64,000 nucleotides of DNA from Octopus vulgaris (Eukaryota). Below, piece by piece: positions 13,988-27,857 of the stretch. How positions within the stretch are numbered: position 1 is the stretch's first letter; each line of letters opens with the position of its first letter. The position numbers and the translations under genes were made by a program. The stretch lies in NCBI GenBank assembly GCA_951406725.2, contig OX597821.1, positions 62,806,001 through 62,870,000 on the forward strand, in the 5' to 3' direction. The notes under the pieces were generated by a model that saw only the letters and a list, made by a program, of their open reading frames with translations, was not told the DNA's origin and ran no database searches.

Positions 13988-14549
13988 TATATGTGTTATA
14001 CATATGCATATATGTGTGCGTTTGTACAAATGTAGATAGATATGTGTAGCGTCTACACTGCTGAACATGTTTACGTTTGTCAAAAGCCACAGCTGTTCAT
14101 GCTGTACATATTTAAGGATTATAACTTAGTGATTTGAAAATTAGAAACCAAACAACTGAAACTAGTACTGAAAATTTGAAAGCAGCGCTTCAGCAAGGAG
14201 TTCTTGAATGATCGAAAATTTACAGAGAATTAAAGACGTAACAAGAAATCGCTAAAAACACACCCCATGGAACGTTTTAGGCATGTGTCCTTTCTTTTCT
14301 GAAACGTATCTTTTTTAAAAGCATATATGATAAAACAGTTATTGAATATCTCCAACATTTATTTCTACTAGTTGTAAGAAATTGGTTTTCGTGTTTTAAT
14401 AACATACCCAGAAAGATATACAGTTTTACAATAAAATATTTAGATATATGTATTTAACATTAGCATGTCTCCAAAATTCAATTCGGTGTCATGGACTTGC
14501 ATGAATATTAATGAAATAAGATATGGAAATTTGTATATATACATATGTC

Positions 14550-14626
<77 letters not shown>

Positions 14627-14640
14627 GTCTAATATATAGG

Positions 14641-14690
<50 letters not shown>

Positions 14691-14859
14691 TAGACATATA
14701 TATGTAAACCTCCCATGAAGAAACCCATTAACTTCCATATGTATGTTTCAGATAAATATATCCCAGTCTATGTATGTATTATCCGATTGTACACGTGTGT
14801 ATGCGTATCTTTGTGCGTATGATTATACATATACACACTTGCATACATACACATATATT

Positions 14860-14909
<50 letters not shown>

Positions 14910-15056
14910 ATGAATGTATGAATATACACTCTCACCCCCACCCACACATGTATCTAAGTATTTATATCTGCTCAATTTATTCTAAACACTTAACGTGATT
15001 TATATTTCTACAAATGCGATATGCTACATAAATATATATATATACATGCATATATC

Positions 15057-15107
<51 letters not shown>

Positions 15108-15469
15108 CGTTTGTAAGTATTATACATGCATGTGTATGTATGTAAGTTTATATGTGTTTATGTTTAGTTTATATACTTGTGTATGTGTATATAGTTCGTA
15201 GAAACTTCTGATAGCAAGTTTCTAACGCCAGGTTTGAATGACTAATATTATGTACTTAATATTTTATGAATTAGTATAGGTATATTCTTTAATTCATATA
15301 AAGTTCATAGATTTTACGATGAAACCAATAACCTAAGCTAAACTACATTTGGGCAAAGTAAACATTTTTGCAATATTTGTAGAACCAAAAGTATAGACAC
15401 CCTACAGAATACTTACAAATACTCAATTAGAACACTCGTATACGTTTCTGTCACTGAAATTTTATGAAA

Positions 15470-15930
15470 TTTCATTCCCACTGCGTGGTACCTTGGGCAA
15501 GTGTCTTCTACTATAACCTCGGGCCGACCTAAGCCTTGTGTGTGGATTTAGTAGACGGAAACTGAAAGAAGCCCGTCCTATATATGTATATAGATATGTA
15601 TGTGCGTGTATATGTTTGTGTGTATATGTGTATGTTTGTGTGTATATATATATGTTTGTGTGTATATATATATATATATATGTTTGTGTGTATATGTATA
15701 TATATATATGTGTGTATATGTTAGTGTGTCTGTGTTTGTCCTCCCAACATCGCTTGACAACCGATGGTGGTGTGTTTACGTCCCCGTAACTTAGCAGTTC
15801 GGCAAAAGAGACCGATGGAATAAGTACTAGGCTTACAAAAGTAAGTCCTGGTGTCGACCTGCTCGACCAAAGACGGTGCTCCAGCCCGGCTGCAGTCAAA
15901 TGACTGAAACAAGTAAAAGAGTAAAAGAGT
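15470..15930 (+). mobile_element. SINE family 2 (CORE-like accttgggcaagtgtctt, internal TA/TG microsatellite, gcagtcaaatgactgaaac tail)
   Basis: Aligns with 32749-33191, 34219-34620 (-), 45509-45930 and 51571-52055. Confidence 0.85.
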
Positions 15931-16474
15931 ATACCGCCATAATTAACATATAAACGTGTAATACAAGTAACGAACACATATTTAGTTGCAGTGAAGAATA
16001 TCTTATATACCCACCGAAATGTATCTACGGACAGATGTCACTGAAAAGTATTTATTTAGCTTGTTTAATTCTTCACTGGCACCATATGAGCTTAAAAGTA
16101 TATACTGAGTGATATTCGTATAAGTGGCTCTCAAAGACGTATTTAATTTTGAGAATCTACTTGAGTTCATTAGTAACCCATCTTAATCTCTACATAATAT
16201 AAATGTTTGCACAGTCATATTTGCTTTATACACTCACATACTAGTGATACATCATCTCCTTCTCTCTCTGTACTAGAAACAATGTGTATCTAGTCTCTCT
16301 CTTTCTCACTCATTTTTCTCTCCATCGCTTAACTCATATTTACTTCCTCACACACACCCTACCGATACATCCTCCTCCTTTCTCTTTGTACTAGAATTTA
16401 TGTGTATCTAGTCTCTCTCCCCCTCTCTCTCTCTCTCTCTCTCCGTCTCTCTACATTTTCCAAATATGCATACG

Positions 16475-16582
16475 TTTAGGTGTTTTCGCTCAATAAACAC
16501 TCACAACGCCCGGACTGGGAATCGAAATCGCGATCCTACAACCACGAGTCCGCTGCCCTTACCACTGGACCATTGCGCCTCA
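16475..16582 (-). mobile_element. tRNA head of SINE family 3
   Basis: Reverse complement matches 50385-50495 (gaggcgcaatgg.ccagtgg..agggcagcggactcgtggt...ggatcgcg.tttcgattccc, A/B boxes). Confidence 0.8.
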
Positions 16583-17373
16583 ACACATGAAAGCGTAATT
16601 AAGCAGAAATCGTGAAGCTACTCTTTCAAAGATACGTAGATATCCAGAGATACCATACGTGAAAAAAATACAAAGAATAAAATTCATGTTAGACCTTTAC
16701 AACTATTTCAGGGATTGAGTTACGCTCGCACACACAGGCAAAAACAAACACATAGACACACGTACACAGTCTTACGTTGTATCTACGCACATTTTCTTTT
16801 TCTGTTCCTGTATCAAATAGCTATTTATAAGGAAGTATATAGAAATTTATTCATAATGTGGTTAAATAACAGACGTTTCTCATTTTTTGCCATCTCATTC
16901 CAGCATAACTCATATATCGGAATGCAAATATAATATCCTCAAATATTCTATGTGTATACATGTATGCTTCCGTTCGATTTGTTGGCATATATGTCATCGA
17001 AATGCATATTGAAGTAATATAGTTTTAAATTACCGTAACATACAACTTCAAACATCAGTTCTAAAGGATACGCTCATATAAAACACTCGTACATTAAAAA
17101 AAAAAGTATGTGGTAAGCACACAATCATATAAACATATAAACACTCACATACACCCATTTCCTGAATGGCCGTGATGGTCTTTCATCGTGACTTCTTTTC
17201 AGATATAAACTTCATCTCCGATTTTTTCCCCATCTCCATTTGTAATCAAAATGCATTGAATAAATATTTTACGGAAATGTTTTGCAAATCTTTTGGCTGA
17301 TGTGGTTGTTGTTGTTGTTATTATTGTTGCTGTTGTTGTTACTGTTGTTATTTCTTGTTGTTGTTCTTCTTCC

Positions 17374-17376
<3 letters not shown>

Positions 17377-17444
<68 letters not shown>
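17377..17444. repeat. (ATT)n microsatellite
   Basis: Read directly from the sequence. Confidence 0.95.
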
Positions 17445-17445
<1 letters not shown>

Positions 17446-18216
17446 GTTGGTGGATCTTTACGATTTTACCAGCAACGATGATGATATGGTGATTTATGAT
17501 ATTCATCATGTCGATATGATGATGATGATGATAATCAGCTGTCTTTGAAAGAATCGTGCTTTAATTATTCCGATTAGGCGAATGGTCCTTTATGAAAGAA
17601 AAGAAGAAAAAAATCTCCATTCATATCATCCTGTGTTCCTGCATTTGTGTGCTGGCAATTAACTTAAGAATGGATATGATTTCGTTTGGTGGATATGACG
17701 ACAACATAATCGTTACTACCATTTAAAAGAAAAATGTATTGAAATGAACTTGGAATATTCAGTTCAAAGAATATCTCTGATTGCATTCCGCGTCTAATCT
17801 TTTTGCCATTGTTGACATATCGTAAAAAAAAACCCTCATAAATAGACACAAAGGGCTCCATTTGTGTAGATAGTGTTAGATAAAAGGAATTATATTTTGA
17901 AGTTAAAATCCTACATGAAGTAGACAAAACAATCTTGAAATAATGAATTATTTAAAAACTCGAATGATATGAAATGTAGAAGAAAAATGTGAAAACTTCC
18001 TCGAAATAACTTTGGATGTAGAGAGGAACTGTAATTCTGTATAGTTAAAATACTGAACTTCCTCTTTTTTTATATAATATTTCTATTATTTTTCTTGGGA
18101 GAAAATTAAAGAACAGCGTGTACCATTTGCACCCTTAAGAATTGATCAAAATTTGAGATAGAATTAAGTAAGAAAAAAAAGATTGCATATATTGTACATG
18201 AACGAGAAAATACGTA

Positions 18217-19507
18217 CGAGGGGCGTTCAATAAGTAATGCCCCTGACCCACGTCCCATAGCAGTAGAGCAACAAAACTTGGCACAGTTATTAGTCTTTTT
18301 CTACATACAAACCACTCAGAGTTACGCATTTCTCCCATTGTTTGATGCAGCTCTGGAGACCGTTTTTGTAGAAGACCCCACCTTGGTCCTCCAACCACGA
18401 CGTGACTTCAGAAATCAAGGCTGCATTATCTGGGAAACGCTTTCCTTTCAAAAACAACTTCATTGCTGGGAAGAGGTGAATATCAGAGGTTGCAAGGTCA
18501 GGAGAGTAGGGAGATAAGAGAGAAGTTCATAGCCGCATGCCTGTGCTTCTGATCTGGCGACACGCGAGTTGTGGATCAGAGCGTTGTCCTGCAGGAGGAG
18601 GATGCCTTTGCTGATCTTGCCCCGCCTCTTGATTTTGATAGCTTCTCTTAATTTCCTCAAAAGTGAAGCATAATAGGCTCCTGTAATTGTGGTACCCTTT
18701 GCCAGGAAATCTGTCATCACTACTCCGTCCTGGTCCCAGAAGACTGTGAGCATGACCTTCCCAGCGGAGGGCTGCACCCTTGCCTTCTTTGGAGGAGGTG
18801 AGTCACGGTGCTTCCACTGCATTGACTAGGCTTTGGTCTCTGGATCATAGTGATGGACCCAGGTTTCATCCTGTGTAATCAGTCTTTTGAAAAATTTTGA
18901 CTCATCTTCTTGGCACATCTCCAAATTCACCCTCGAGCACTCGACGCGTTCTTGCTTCTTGAAAGGTGTGAGCAACCTGGGAATCCATCCGGCAGACACC
19001 TTTTGCATATGCAAATGGTCATGAATGATAGTTTCCACAGACCCGGTACTAATCTTGACCTCATGGGCTATTTGACGAATAGTTACGCGTCGATCTTCCA
19101 AAATGGCAGCCTCAACTTGACGGACAGATGCCTCATCAATAGCAGAAGGGGGCGACCAGATCTGGGAGCTGTTTCCACAGAGTTCCGACCATGTTTGAAT
19201 TTATGATGCCAGCGTTTTACAAGGTCATATGATGGGGCATCATCACCATAAGTTACTTTCATTTCATCAAAAGACTCCCGTGGTGTGCGTCCTTTCAAAT
19301 ACAAAAACCGGATCACTGCTCGACACTTAACAGGCTCCATTTCATACTTGACTCAGTTAAAACACCTGTAAATCAGAAACCACGATTAGTTCAGAGCTGT
19401 AATTTACCACTTAATCTATAGAGATATAAATAATTGCGCATACAAAATTTTAGCTAGATCGAACAACTGCAAGTGTGTCAGGGGCATTATTTATTGAACG
19501 TCCCTCG
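18217..19507 (-). mobile_element. Mariner DNA transposon copy 2 (same family as 11327-12586), disrupted
   Basis: Same TIRs with TA flanks and highly similar to copy 1. In-frame stop at 18826 plus frameshifts; retains ~31 bp (around 19383-19414) that is absent from copy 1. Confidence 0.95.
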
Positions 19508-19595
19508 TATATTGCAAATCTTTATACATAAAACAGAAATATATTGGTTTCATGAATCTTTGCTGGATTTTTGCTAGAGTGAAATAAATAATAAT

Positions 19596-20175
19596 TATTT
19601 CTATTCTAGGCACAAGGCCTTGAAAATTTTGGAGGGAGACGGCTACACGATTATATCAATCTTAGCCCGTAACTGGTACTTATTTCATCGAACCCAAAAG
19701 GATGAAAGACAAAGTTGACTTTGGAGGAATTTGAAATCAGAGCGTAGCGGCAGTCGAAATACCTATTTCTTTATTACCCACAAGGAGCCAAACACAAAGA
19801 GGACAATCAAGGACAGATAAACCGATTAAGTCGATTATATCGACCCCAGTGCGTAACTGGTACTTATTTAATCGACCCCGAAAGGATGAAAGGCAAAGTC
19901 AACCTCGGCGGAATTTGAACTCAGAACGTAACGGCAGACGAAACGCCTATTTATTTACTACCCACAAGGGGCTAAACACAGAGGGAACAAACAAGGACAG
20001 ACAAACGGATTAAGTCGATTACATCGACCCCAGTGCGTAACTGGTACTTATTCATTCGACCCCGAAAGGATGAAAGGCAAAGTCGACTTCGGTGGAACTC
20101 AGAACGTAACGGCAGACGAAATACGGCTACGCATTTCGCCCGGCGTGGTAACGTTTCTGCCAGCTCGCCGCCTTA
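19596..20175 (-). mobile_element. Multimeric SINE family 1 (three tandem core units, one tRNA-like head)
   Basis: The core actggtacttatt...cgaaaggatgaaaggcaaagtc repeats at ~19670, ~19855 and ~20040 (period ~185 bp). The head aaggcggcgagctggcagaaacgtt is on the minus strand at the right end. Confidence 0.85.
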
Positions 20176-22238
20176 CAAGTTCATAGAAATAATTTTTTCA
20201 GTAAAGTAAATGAGAAAGCAGTAGTATTTATGTCTTTTATGTGGCACGGTTATGGTAATAGAATCTATTAAATTAATCGAAACCCACTTATTCAAAACGT
20301 TTCGTCGCGAGTGAAAACTGTTAGAAATCTGATAGAATTTTTGTGGAAAATTAAAACTGGACGATATTCTTCATAAATTATATATGATCCAGACATAAAA
20401 AGAATGAAATATCTAACCGTTTTTCTGAAAAGAATACCACTACATATTTCTGATAAGTAACTCGTGTAAACTGAAGTTGGTGCTGTTAAAGAATGTTCTG
20501 TTGATTCAATTCAGTCTTAACCCAATTATGGTAAAATTTTCATTTTTTCTTGTCATTTCCCTCTTCCTGTGTTTCTGCCTTTGTTTACATACACAGGCAC
20601 ACGTCTGTCTGCACACACACACGCACGCACACAAAAAAAACACACACACACATGTTGCTATATCTCGGTAGGGTCATCATCCCAGTAAACATCCACTGAT
20701 TAACCAATTTGCTCAGTCAATTGCTCAGCCTGTTATGTAGTTGAAAGTCGTTTTGTCGTCATTGACGACCTCATTAGTGACATGTCCTCTCTACTCAGGA
20801 CTGCTTAGTATCTTCGTGTTTCCTAGTTTAAAAGTGCTATATTAATAATTATATAGAAGTCAGTGAGAAGAATCAAACATTCAAATATCTATAACTTAGT
20901 GAATTTCTTTAATGCCAATTTCGAAAGACTTCTAAAATAAATGGTGACCCTATTGAAAATTGCCGTGAAAAATATTATTCATAAGGATTATATAACGCTT
21001 TGTCATGATAACGTAATGTGATAATTGTTTAGAATCGATTCTCATAAGCGCTGAATTACAACATACGCTCTATTTTAACCAAGTAAATTATAAATCATTG
21101 AATATTTCCGAAACAAAATATTGTCATTTGATAATGGAAAGGTTAAAAGAAAATGCAGTTATCAGTTGATTTTTTTTTTACTTTAACCGTTGACTCATGC
21201 GTATTTTGCACTTTTGACTGAGGTAGTGTTTGGCATTATACATTCCAAGATATTTCCACGTAGACTGTAACTTCTCTTCAGTAAAGCAATTGCATTACTG
21301 AATATAATTTTCCTGCTGTACGAATAAATGTGTTATCTTTGTCTACAGGGAGATGGTAATTGTTTTGTTTACAAACGAATGGCACTTTTTCTAAATATAT
21401 ATGTTTCGTTGCAATTAGAAGAGTCAAGTTGCCATTAAAAAAAATATCTTGCATTGTTTCAGTTCACTTGTATATTGTGAAGAAGTAATTCCTAAATTTG
21501 TTTGGATTTTCAAAAATATATTTTTGCGAAACAAATAACTATATTTGACTTCCTTGTCGCAAAAAGACTTTCTTCTTACATATAGTTTTTTTACACTGCC
21601 AAGTTCTATTGACGCTGTAAATCATGTGGCTTTCTTGTGTTAGAGCATGTATACTTGAGCACGAGTGTATGTGTGATTTCGTGCTTGTGTTCTCTTGTAG
21701 TTGAATTGTTAGTTGATGATTATGATGCATGCGTGTGCAGTTTGGTGCACGCATGCGTACACGAATGTGTAGTTATGTCTAGAGGACACTTAGCAGCTTG
21801 CGGATGAAGGGCCGTTTTGTATTTGCCACAGATTCGCGCATTGATGAATTTCGTTTTTTAATTTGCCGAAACTTTAGAAATCTCTTGTAGAAATAATTCT
21901 ACATCTTTGCCTTCATTTTCATAATTGTCATCTTTATCACCTTAACGTCAAATTTCCAATGATTACATGAGAGGTCCTTGGGGCAGGTTTTTGACGGTAA
22001 TGTGAGCTTTCTATCACTATTGTTAACTCGTTTACTAGTGCAGCAATGTTTCCACATGACCGTTAATATTTTCATGGAAGTATGGATACAAATATCACTG
22101 CGTGTTTGATTTTGAGGCTCGTTTTCAAATAAGACACAAAACGAAGAAGCACAATTACACGTACACGCATTTATATATATTATAATATATACATGCACAT
22201 ATGTACTTATACACACACACACGCACACACAGACACAC

Positions 22239-22285
<47 letters not shown>

Positions 22286-22414
22286 TATATATACACATAC
22301 ATACATAAATATATATCTTTCTTTCTCTCTTTCTCTCTCTCTCTCTCTATTTATATATCTATATATTTATATATACAAAAGAAGGTTTGAAAATGCAATT
22401 TAAAAGATGTTTAT

Positions 22415-22459
22415 TTACTTAACCGGTTTCACTCTTTGGAAAAAGATTGTCAAAAGTAA
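22415..22459 (-). ncRNA. Variant minimal hammerhead ribozyme (U3-A8 core) in PLE tail
   Basis: Minus strand: TTACTT-TTGACAA-TCTTT ttcc AAAGA-GT-GAAA-CCGG-TT-AAGTAA. Stem I is 6 bp, stem III is the palindrome ACCGGT, triplet GUU. Confidence 0.55.
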
Positions 22460-23723
22460 CATAGAATATTATGAATTCAAAAACGTTTTTTACATAATTA
22501 CCACATTACATGTATATATATAGTCTTTGGTAACAGGGACATGTTAAGGACATAAAGAAGTTCAACAGTGTGATGAGAATATTTGAAAAAATGGGCAGAA
22601 AAGAATAAAACAAATATATTATTGGAAGTTTGGTTGCATTAATTATTGGTTGTTGCAAATTGCCACATTACATGTATATATATACAGTCTTTGGCAAAAA
22701 GGACATGTTAAGGACATAAGGAAGTACAACAGTATGATGAGAATATTTGAAAAAATGGGCAGAAAATATTAAAATGAATATATTATACATCTCAGGGTCA
22801 GTACAGAATATTATGAATTCAAGGCGAGTTTGTTTACTGACCTGTCCGTTTTAGCAGAATGTTGAATTGAGAAAGATGTACCCGTTTTTTTCTGTTTATG
22901 GCTTTCCTTCAAGCATCAATGATTTTGGGGTTAGGATGAAGTATGTGTGTCTCTCTGCGTGTGTGTGAATAGATGTGTCTGTGTGCCTGTAGTGTTTGGT
23001 CAGATGGCGTCTGTTTGTCAAGTGTGTGTGGTTGTCATGGTGTTGTGTGTGCGTGTGTGGTTGCGCGTGCGTGTGTGCGTGTGTGCGTGCGTGTGTACGC
23101 ATGCATGAGTGTGGATGGCATTTGACATGGTGCTCCGTGTGTATATATGTGCTTGTATGAGGCTGGTGTGAGTGTGCGTGCCCCTGTGTGCATGCACACA
23201 CACCGTATACAAGCGTCTGCGTGTGTGTGGGGGCTGTTTTTGAATGGTTCCAGGGTGGCGAAAATAGATGTGTGTTGTTTAAAGAATTTTTTGGGGTAGG
23301 ATGGTGTGTGTATATATGCGTGTCCGCCCGTGCGCGCGCGCGTGCACGTCTACGCGTGTGTGCGTGCCATACACACACACTACATATACATACATACACA
23401 CACACACCACACACACACATATCTGACCCCCCCACACACACACATACACACACAACACACACACACATACAGAACACACACACACAACGCACACACATAT
23501 AATATACACACACAACACACAAATATAACATGTATTTATATATAATACACACACATATAACACACACACAACACACACACACACAACACACGCACACATA
23601 CATACATAATATAAATATAACACAAATACACCTAGCGCATATATACATACAATACCCATACACAGCATATATATAATACACATACACACACATATACATA
23701 TACACAATGTACATGCAAATAAT

Positions 23724-23801
<78 letters not shown>

Positions 23802-24229
23802 TCACACATATACACATACATATATATATAATGCACACACACACAAAATACATACATACAGCGTACACACACACAATGTACTCACATATACACATATACC
23901 ATGCATACACACACACAACACACACATATATACATATATATAAAAACATATACACATATAAATACATACACACACACACAATGCACACACACACACACGC
24001 ACACACACACACACACAATGCACACACACACACAACCCACACAACACTTACACACATACATAACCTACATATATATAATGCATTCGTGTGCGTGCCGCGT
24101 ATGTGTGTGGTTAATGCCCGCTAGTGCGCCCTATGTGTGCCGATGCGTGCATGTGTCCGCCTGCACGATATGCTGCGAGTGTGCGCGTGCCCCTGTTTGC
24201 TTGCTCTGCATGTGTGCCTAGGGGGTATG

Positions 24230-24756
24230 TTAGAGTATGTTTAGTTGTGGTCTGTATTTTTGAATAAGATTACTTTCCCTATTTATTCGTGTTTGGTCTG
24301 TGGTGTTGTCCGAGCATTGGTATAGTGGGAAGACTAAGAATTTGGGGGACTTATTGTGTGCACAAAGGTCTAAGTGTTCACTTAGTGGTATCTGTCTTGT
24401 GGAGGGGTCCCTCAGTTGTTGTCGGTGAACTGTCATTCTTTCTCTGAGGGTAAGGCCTGTTTGCCCTATGTAGTCTTCGTGGCATCCTTCACACTTTATG
24501 ACGTAGAGTAAATTTTTTGATGCGCACGTGAAATTATTTTTTATGATGAATGTGTGTCCCGAGCGGAACTTGTACGTCGATCCCTCAATGAGGTGGATGC
24601 AAGTCCTGCAGTTGGGGCGACCACATTTTTTGATGGTGGGCGGTGGGTTTGTGTTGTGTAATTTTGCGTTGGTGAGGAGGTTTTTTAGGGTTTAGGTTGT
24701 CTCTTACTTTTTATTATTTTATGAACTGCCAGTATTTTTTTCAGGCGTGGGTCTTG

Positions 24757-24758
<2 letters not shown>
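24230..24758 (-). pseudogene. Penelope GIY-YIG endonuclease domain (frameshift near 24690)
   Basis: LYVI..YIG motif, CxxxxCxxC linker, conserved R (TLRER), E (RESNLI) and N (PQLN). Confidence 0.88.
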
Positions 24759-24817
<59 letters not shown>

Positions 24818-25475
24818 GTGTGTGTGTGTGTGTGTTTACATGATTACACATATGTACACATATACAACTATATATACAAAGAAATATATATGCATGCACA
24901 CAAACATATCAGGTCATTAAGGATGAAATGTCCGATTTTGAACTGAAGTTTCTGTTACTTTATCTAAACAAAAAGCAATGCAGTTAATCAAAGTATGTAC
25001 CACAATTATCAACACAATTTTGCCATTATATTGATAGCTTATTTATACCGACAGCGAAGAATTCTGGAGAGCAAGACGTGATGAAATCACGAAAATATAT
25101 AAAGGATTAAAAATATAAAGGATAAAAAAAATAAACCTAGGAATTGGACAAAAAGTATAAGTAAAACCAATTCCAGATGATTTGACATACTTTTACATCC
25201 CTTACACAGTTTACACTTAAATTACATTTATATTCGTACATTATGTATGTCTACAGCGGATCTCCTGGTTTCGTTTTCCGGTTACAAGTTAGGGTTTATT
25301 ATAGGCTACCATTTTTTCACGTTTTTTCCAGTATCCCGAAGAACGTGTTTGGATTTCCAGACACGTGAAATTATTAGTAGCACCCGGAGATATGTACTGT
25401 GATCTTCAAACGGAAATATTTGACTCTCACCAGATGGAGTACCCTCATTGTTGAATTATACCACGAACCAATAAT

Positions 25476-25545
<70 letters not shown>

Positions 25546-26839
25546 TTTGTGTGTGAGCGTGTGCGTGTGTGTTTGTGTGTGTGCGTGTGTGTGTAATACA
25601 CACAAATATTATGTGATATCAATTTATTTACTTATAGTCTTACAACTGTATTAGATAGGAATTTGTGAATGTTCAAGTTTCAATTCTATCAACCGATCGA
25701 CAGAAAAAATAAGGGGACAACTCACCCACAGTTATCGTATTCAGAACCGAAAAGAAAAACGCCCCCAAAAAAAGGAAATAAAGGAAGGAACATAACGAAT
25801 GAGGTCCCCCCCTCCCTCATTTTTAATTTTCGGTTTTTCTTTGAGTTTGACTTGTTTTGCTCTGAATACGATCACTTTGGGCTTGTAGTTTCCCATATTT
25901 TCAGTCCCTCAATCGATCAATTGGGGTATGAACGTTATTGGTTTGAGAATAATGTTTTCCTCATTCCAACCATTCTGAAAAGTTTCCTGTCACCTATCAT
26001 TGGGCATTGTGTTTATATTCTCACACGAATTGCAAGTTCAGTGTTAAAAGGAAACTAACTAATGTAGCAGGCGTAGGTTGTACAATAATATTCGATACTG
26101 TTATGGCCTAGAGCGTGACAATGAGCATCAAATGGATTTCTATTTATATTTTGGTTTTTAGTCAAAGCCTTTAGTAACATAAGAATCACGAAATATGACA
26201 AACTGTACAAAACATCTGAAGATTTAATACGATCAAGAAAATGTCAACCTTCAATAACTGTTAACAGATATGTAAGTCATATGTTTGTGACATGTTCTAT
26301 ATAATGTAGGCCACCGCCTAAATGTATTTAATCCATCAGGAGAAAAAGCTCTTAAGTGATCAGACTAAAACATGTCTCATGTTCAAAACACAAAAGAACT
26401 GTCAGCTAGGAATTATAATATGACTGATATAATAGATAAAACTGCAGATCAAAGCCTCATTTCACGCACATACAGTGATTTCACTAACGCAGTGTGTTCT
26501 TTTGTGAAAACAAATTTTTTGGTTTGTATCTGTCTTTTAACTTTCAACATTTTTGCGCAAATGTAAAGTTATTGTTCGTTTTATCCAGTTTTTCTCTGTC
26601 AAATCTTGTTTACACCCAGACAACTCACACACACACACACACACCACATATTCATATATATATATATGTATATATGCATGCTTATATGTATCTGTATACA
26701 CACACACACAAACATATATATAAATATGTAAATATATATATACATATATATATATAGATATATATAAATACACATATATATATACATATATATATATACA
26801 TATATATAAATACATATATATATATACATATATATATAT

Positions 26840-26903
<64 letters not shown>

Positions 26904-27820
26904 AAGCTTTTCTGTGCAGTGTACTTATATACATTTACATTTGTATAGTTTTAGTGTATACCGAATGTGAATTTGGATTTCATGATATATATAATTCAAA
27001 TGAAAGTCACGAGAATATCTCAAAAGTTCTGTGTGTATAAGTTGACACGGCAGGTTTTTATCCAATGTGCATGTGAAACATAATTATCCGTTGATTTTAT
27101 ACATCAAGAAATGCACATAACTATAGACATATATTCACACGAATACATATAAAAAACATAATTATGAATTCGTGTGAATGTGCATTTCGCACAAGAAGTA
27201 CGTGTGTTTCTTTTGTGTCTGTGCCTAATGTATATATACATAATTGTTTAAGAGGAAAACAAATTTTAAGACAAAACAAACATATTAAGTCATATACGCT
27301 GTTATTATTTGAAAAATTCAAGTCTTGCAGCTTTTTTCTGGGATGTCCCAAAGTATAGGTGGTTCTGTCATCTGACACAAATAGGAAAACTTTGAAGAGT
27401 ATAGATTAATGAAACGATTATACAGAGGACATGAGAAAAGAACTAAAGAAATGAAGAAATAGAAAAAGAAGAAAAAAGAAGCATAAAAGTCCACAGTTCA
27501 ACTTTCCTATAGTGCAGATGTGAGTCCATAAGTCTTTAGATGCAATCCGGTTTAGATTCCTGTATGGTTATAGCCTTAATAGCGTAAATGTCCAGAGATG
27601 AACGCGACTGTATCAACGTTTCCTAAGAGAATGATAGCGGAGGTGGCTATTAAATGATAAAAAGAAAGAAAATAAATAGAAAGAGAGGAAGGTATTGGTA
27701 GGGAAGCATGTGCTACAGAAAGTGAAGGAGGAAATCAAGGATTGGTATGAAGGATAAAATAAGGAACATATATATTATTTATATTATTATATGATTGAAC
27801 ACCACGCATGCATTTCCATG

Positions 27821-27851
<31 letters not shown>

Positions 27852-27857
<6 letters not shown>

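Larger units (their letters stand above)
22375..24760 (-). mobile_element. 5'-truncated Penelope-like retroelement: GIY-YIG end, long (CA/TG)-rich 3' region and HHR-bearing tail
   Basis: The minus strand at 24230-24690 reads NLLTNAKL..KKCGRPNCRTCIHL...FTCASKNLLYVIKCEGCHEDYIGQTGLTLRERMTVHRQ...RINRESNLIQKYRPQLN, the PLE Cys-linker plus GIY-YIG nuclease. Bounded by TA-rich tracts. Inclusion of 22375-24230 is inferred. Confidence 0.8.

Noticed and set aside
19670-20100. Regularly spaced repeats resembling a CRISPR array
   Set aside because: The spacers are homologous to each other and the units are SINE cores; eukaryotic context and no cas genes.
22896-24221. Long Cys/Val- or His/Thr-rich ORFs (up to 293 aa)
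   Set aside because: They are translations of (TG)/(CA) repeats, open in several frames; the same applies to all YIYI/CVCV/poly-L/I/N ORFs in the track.
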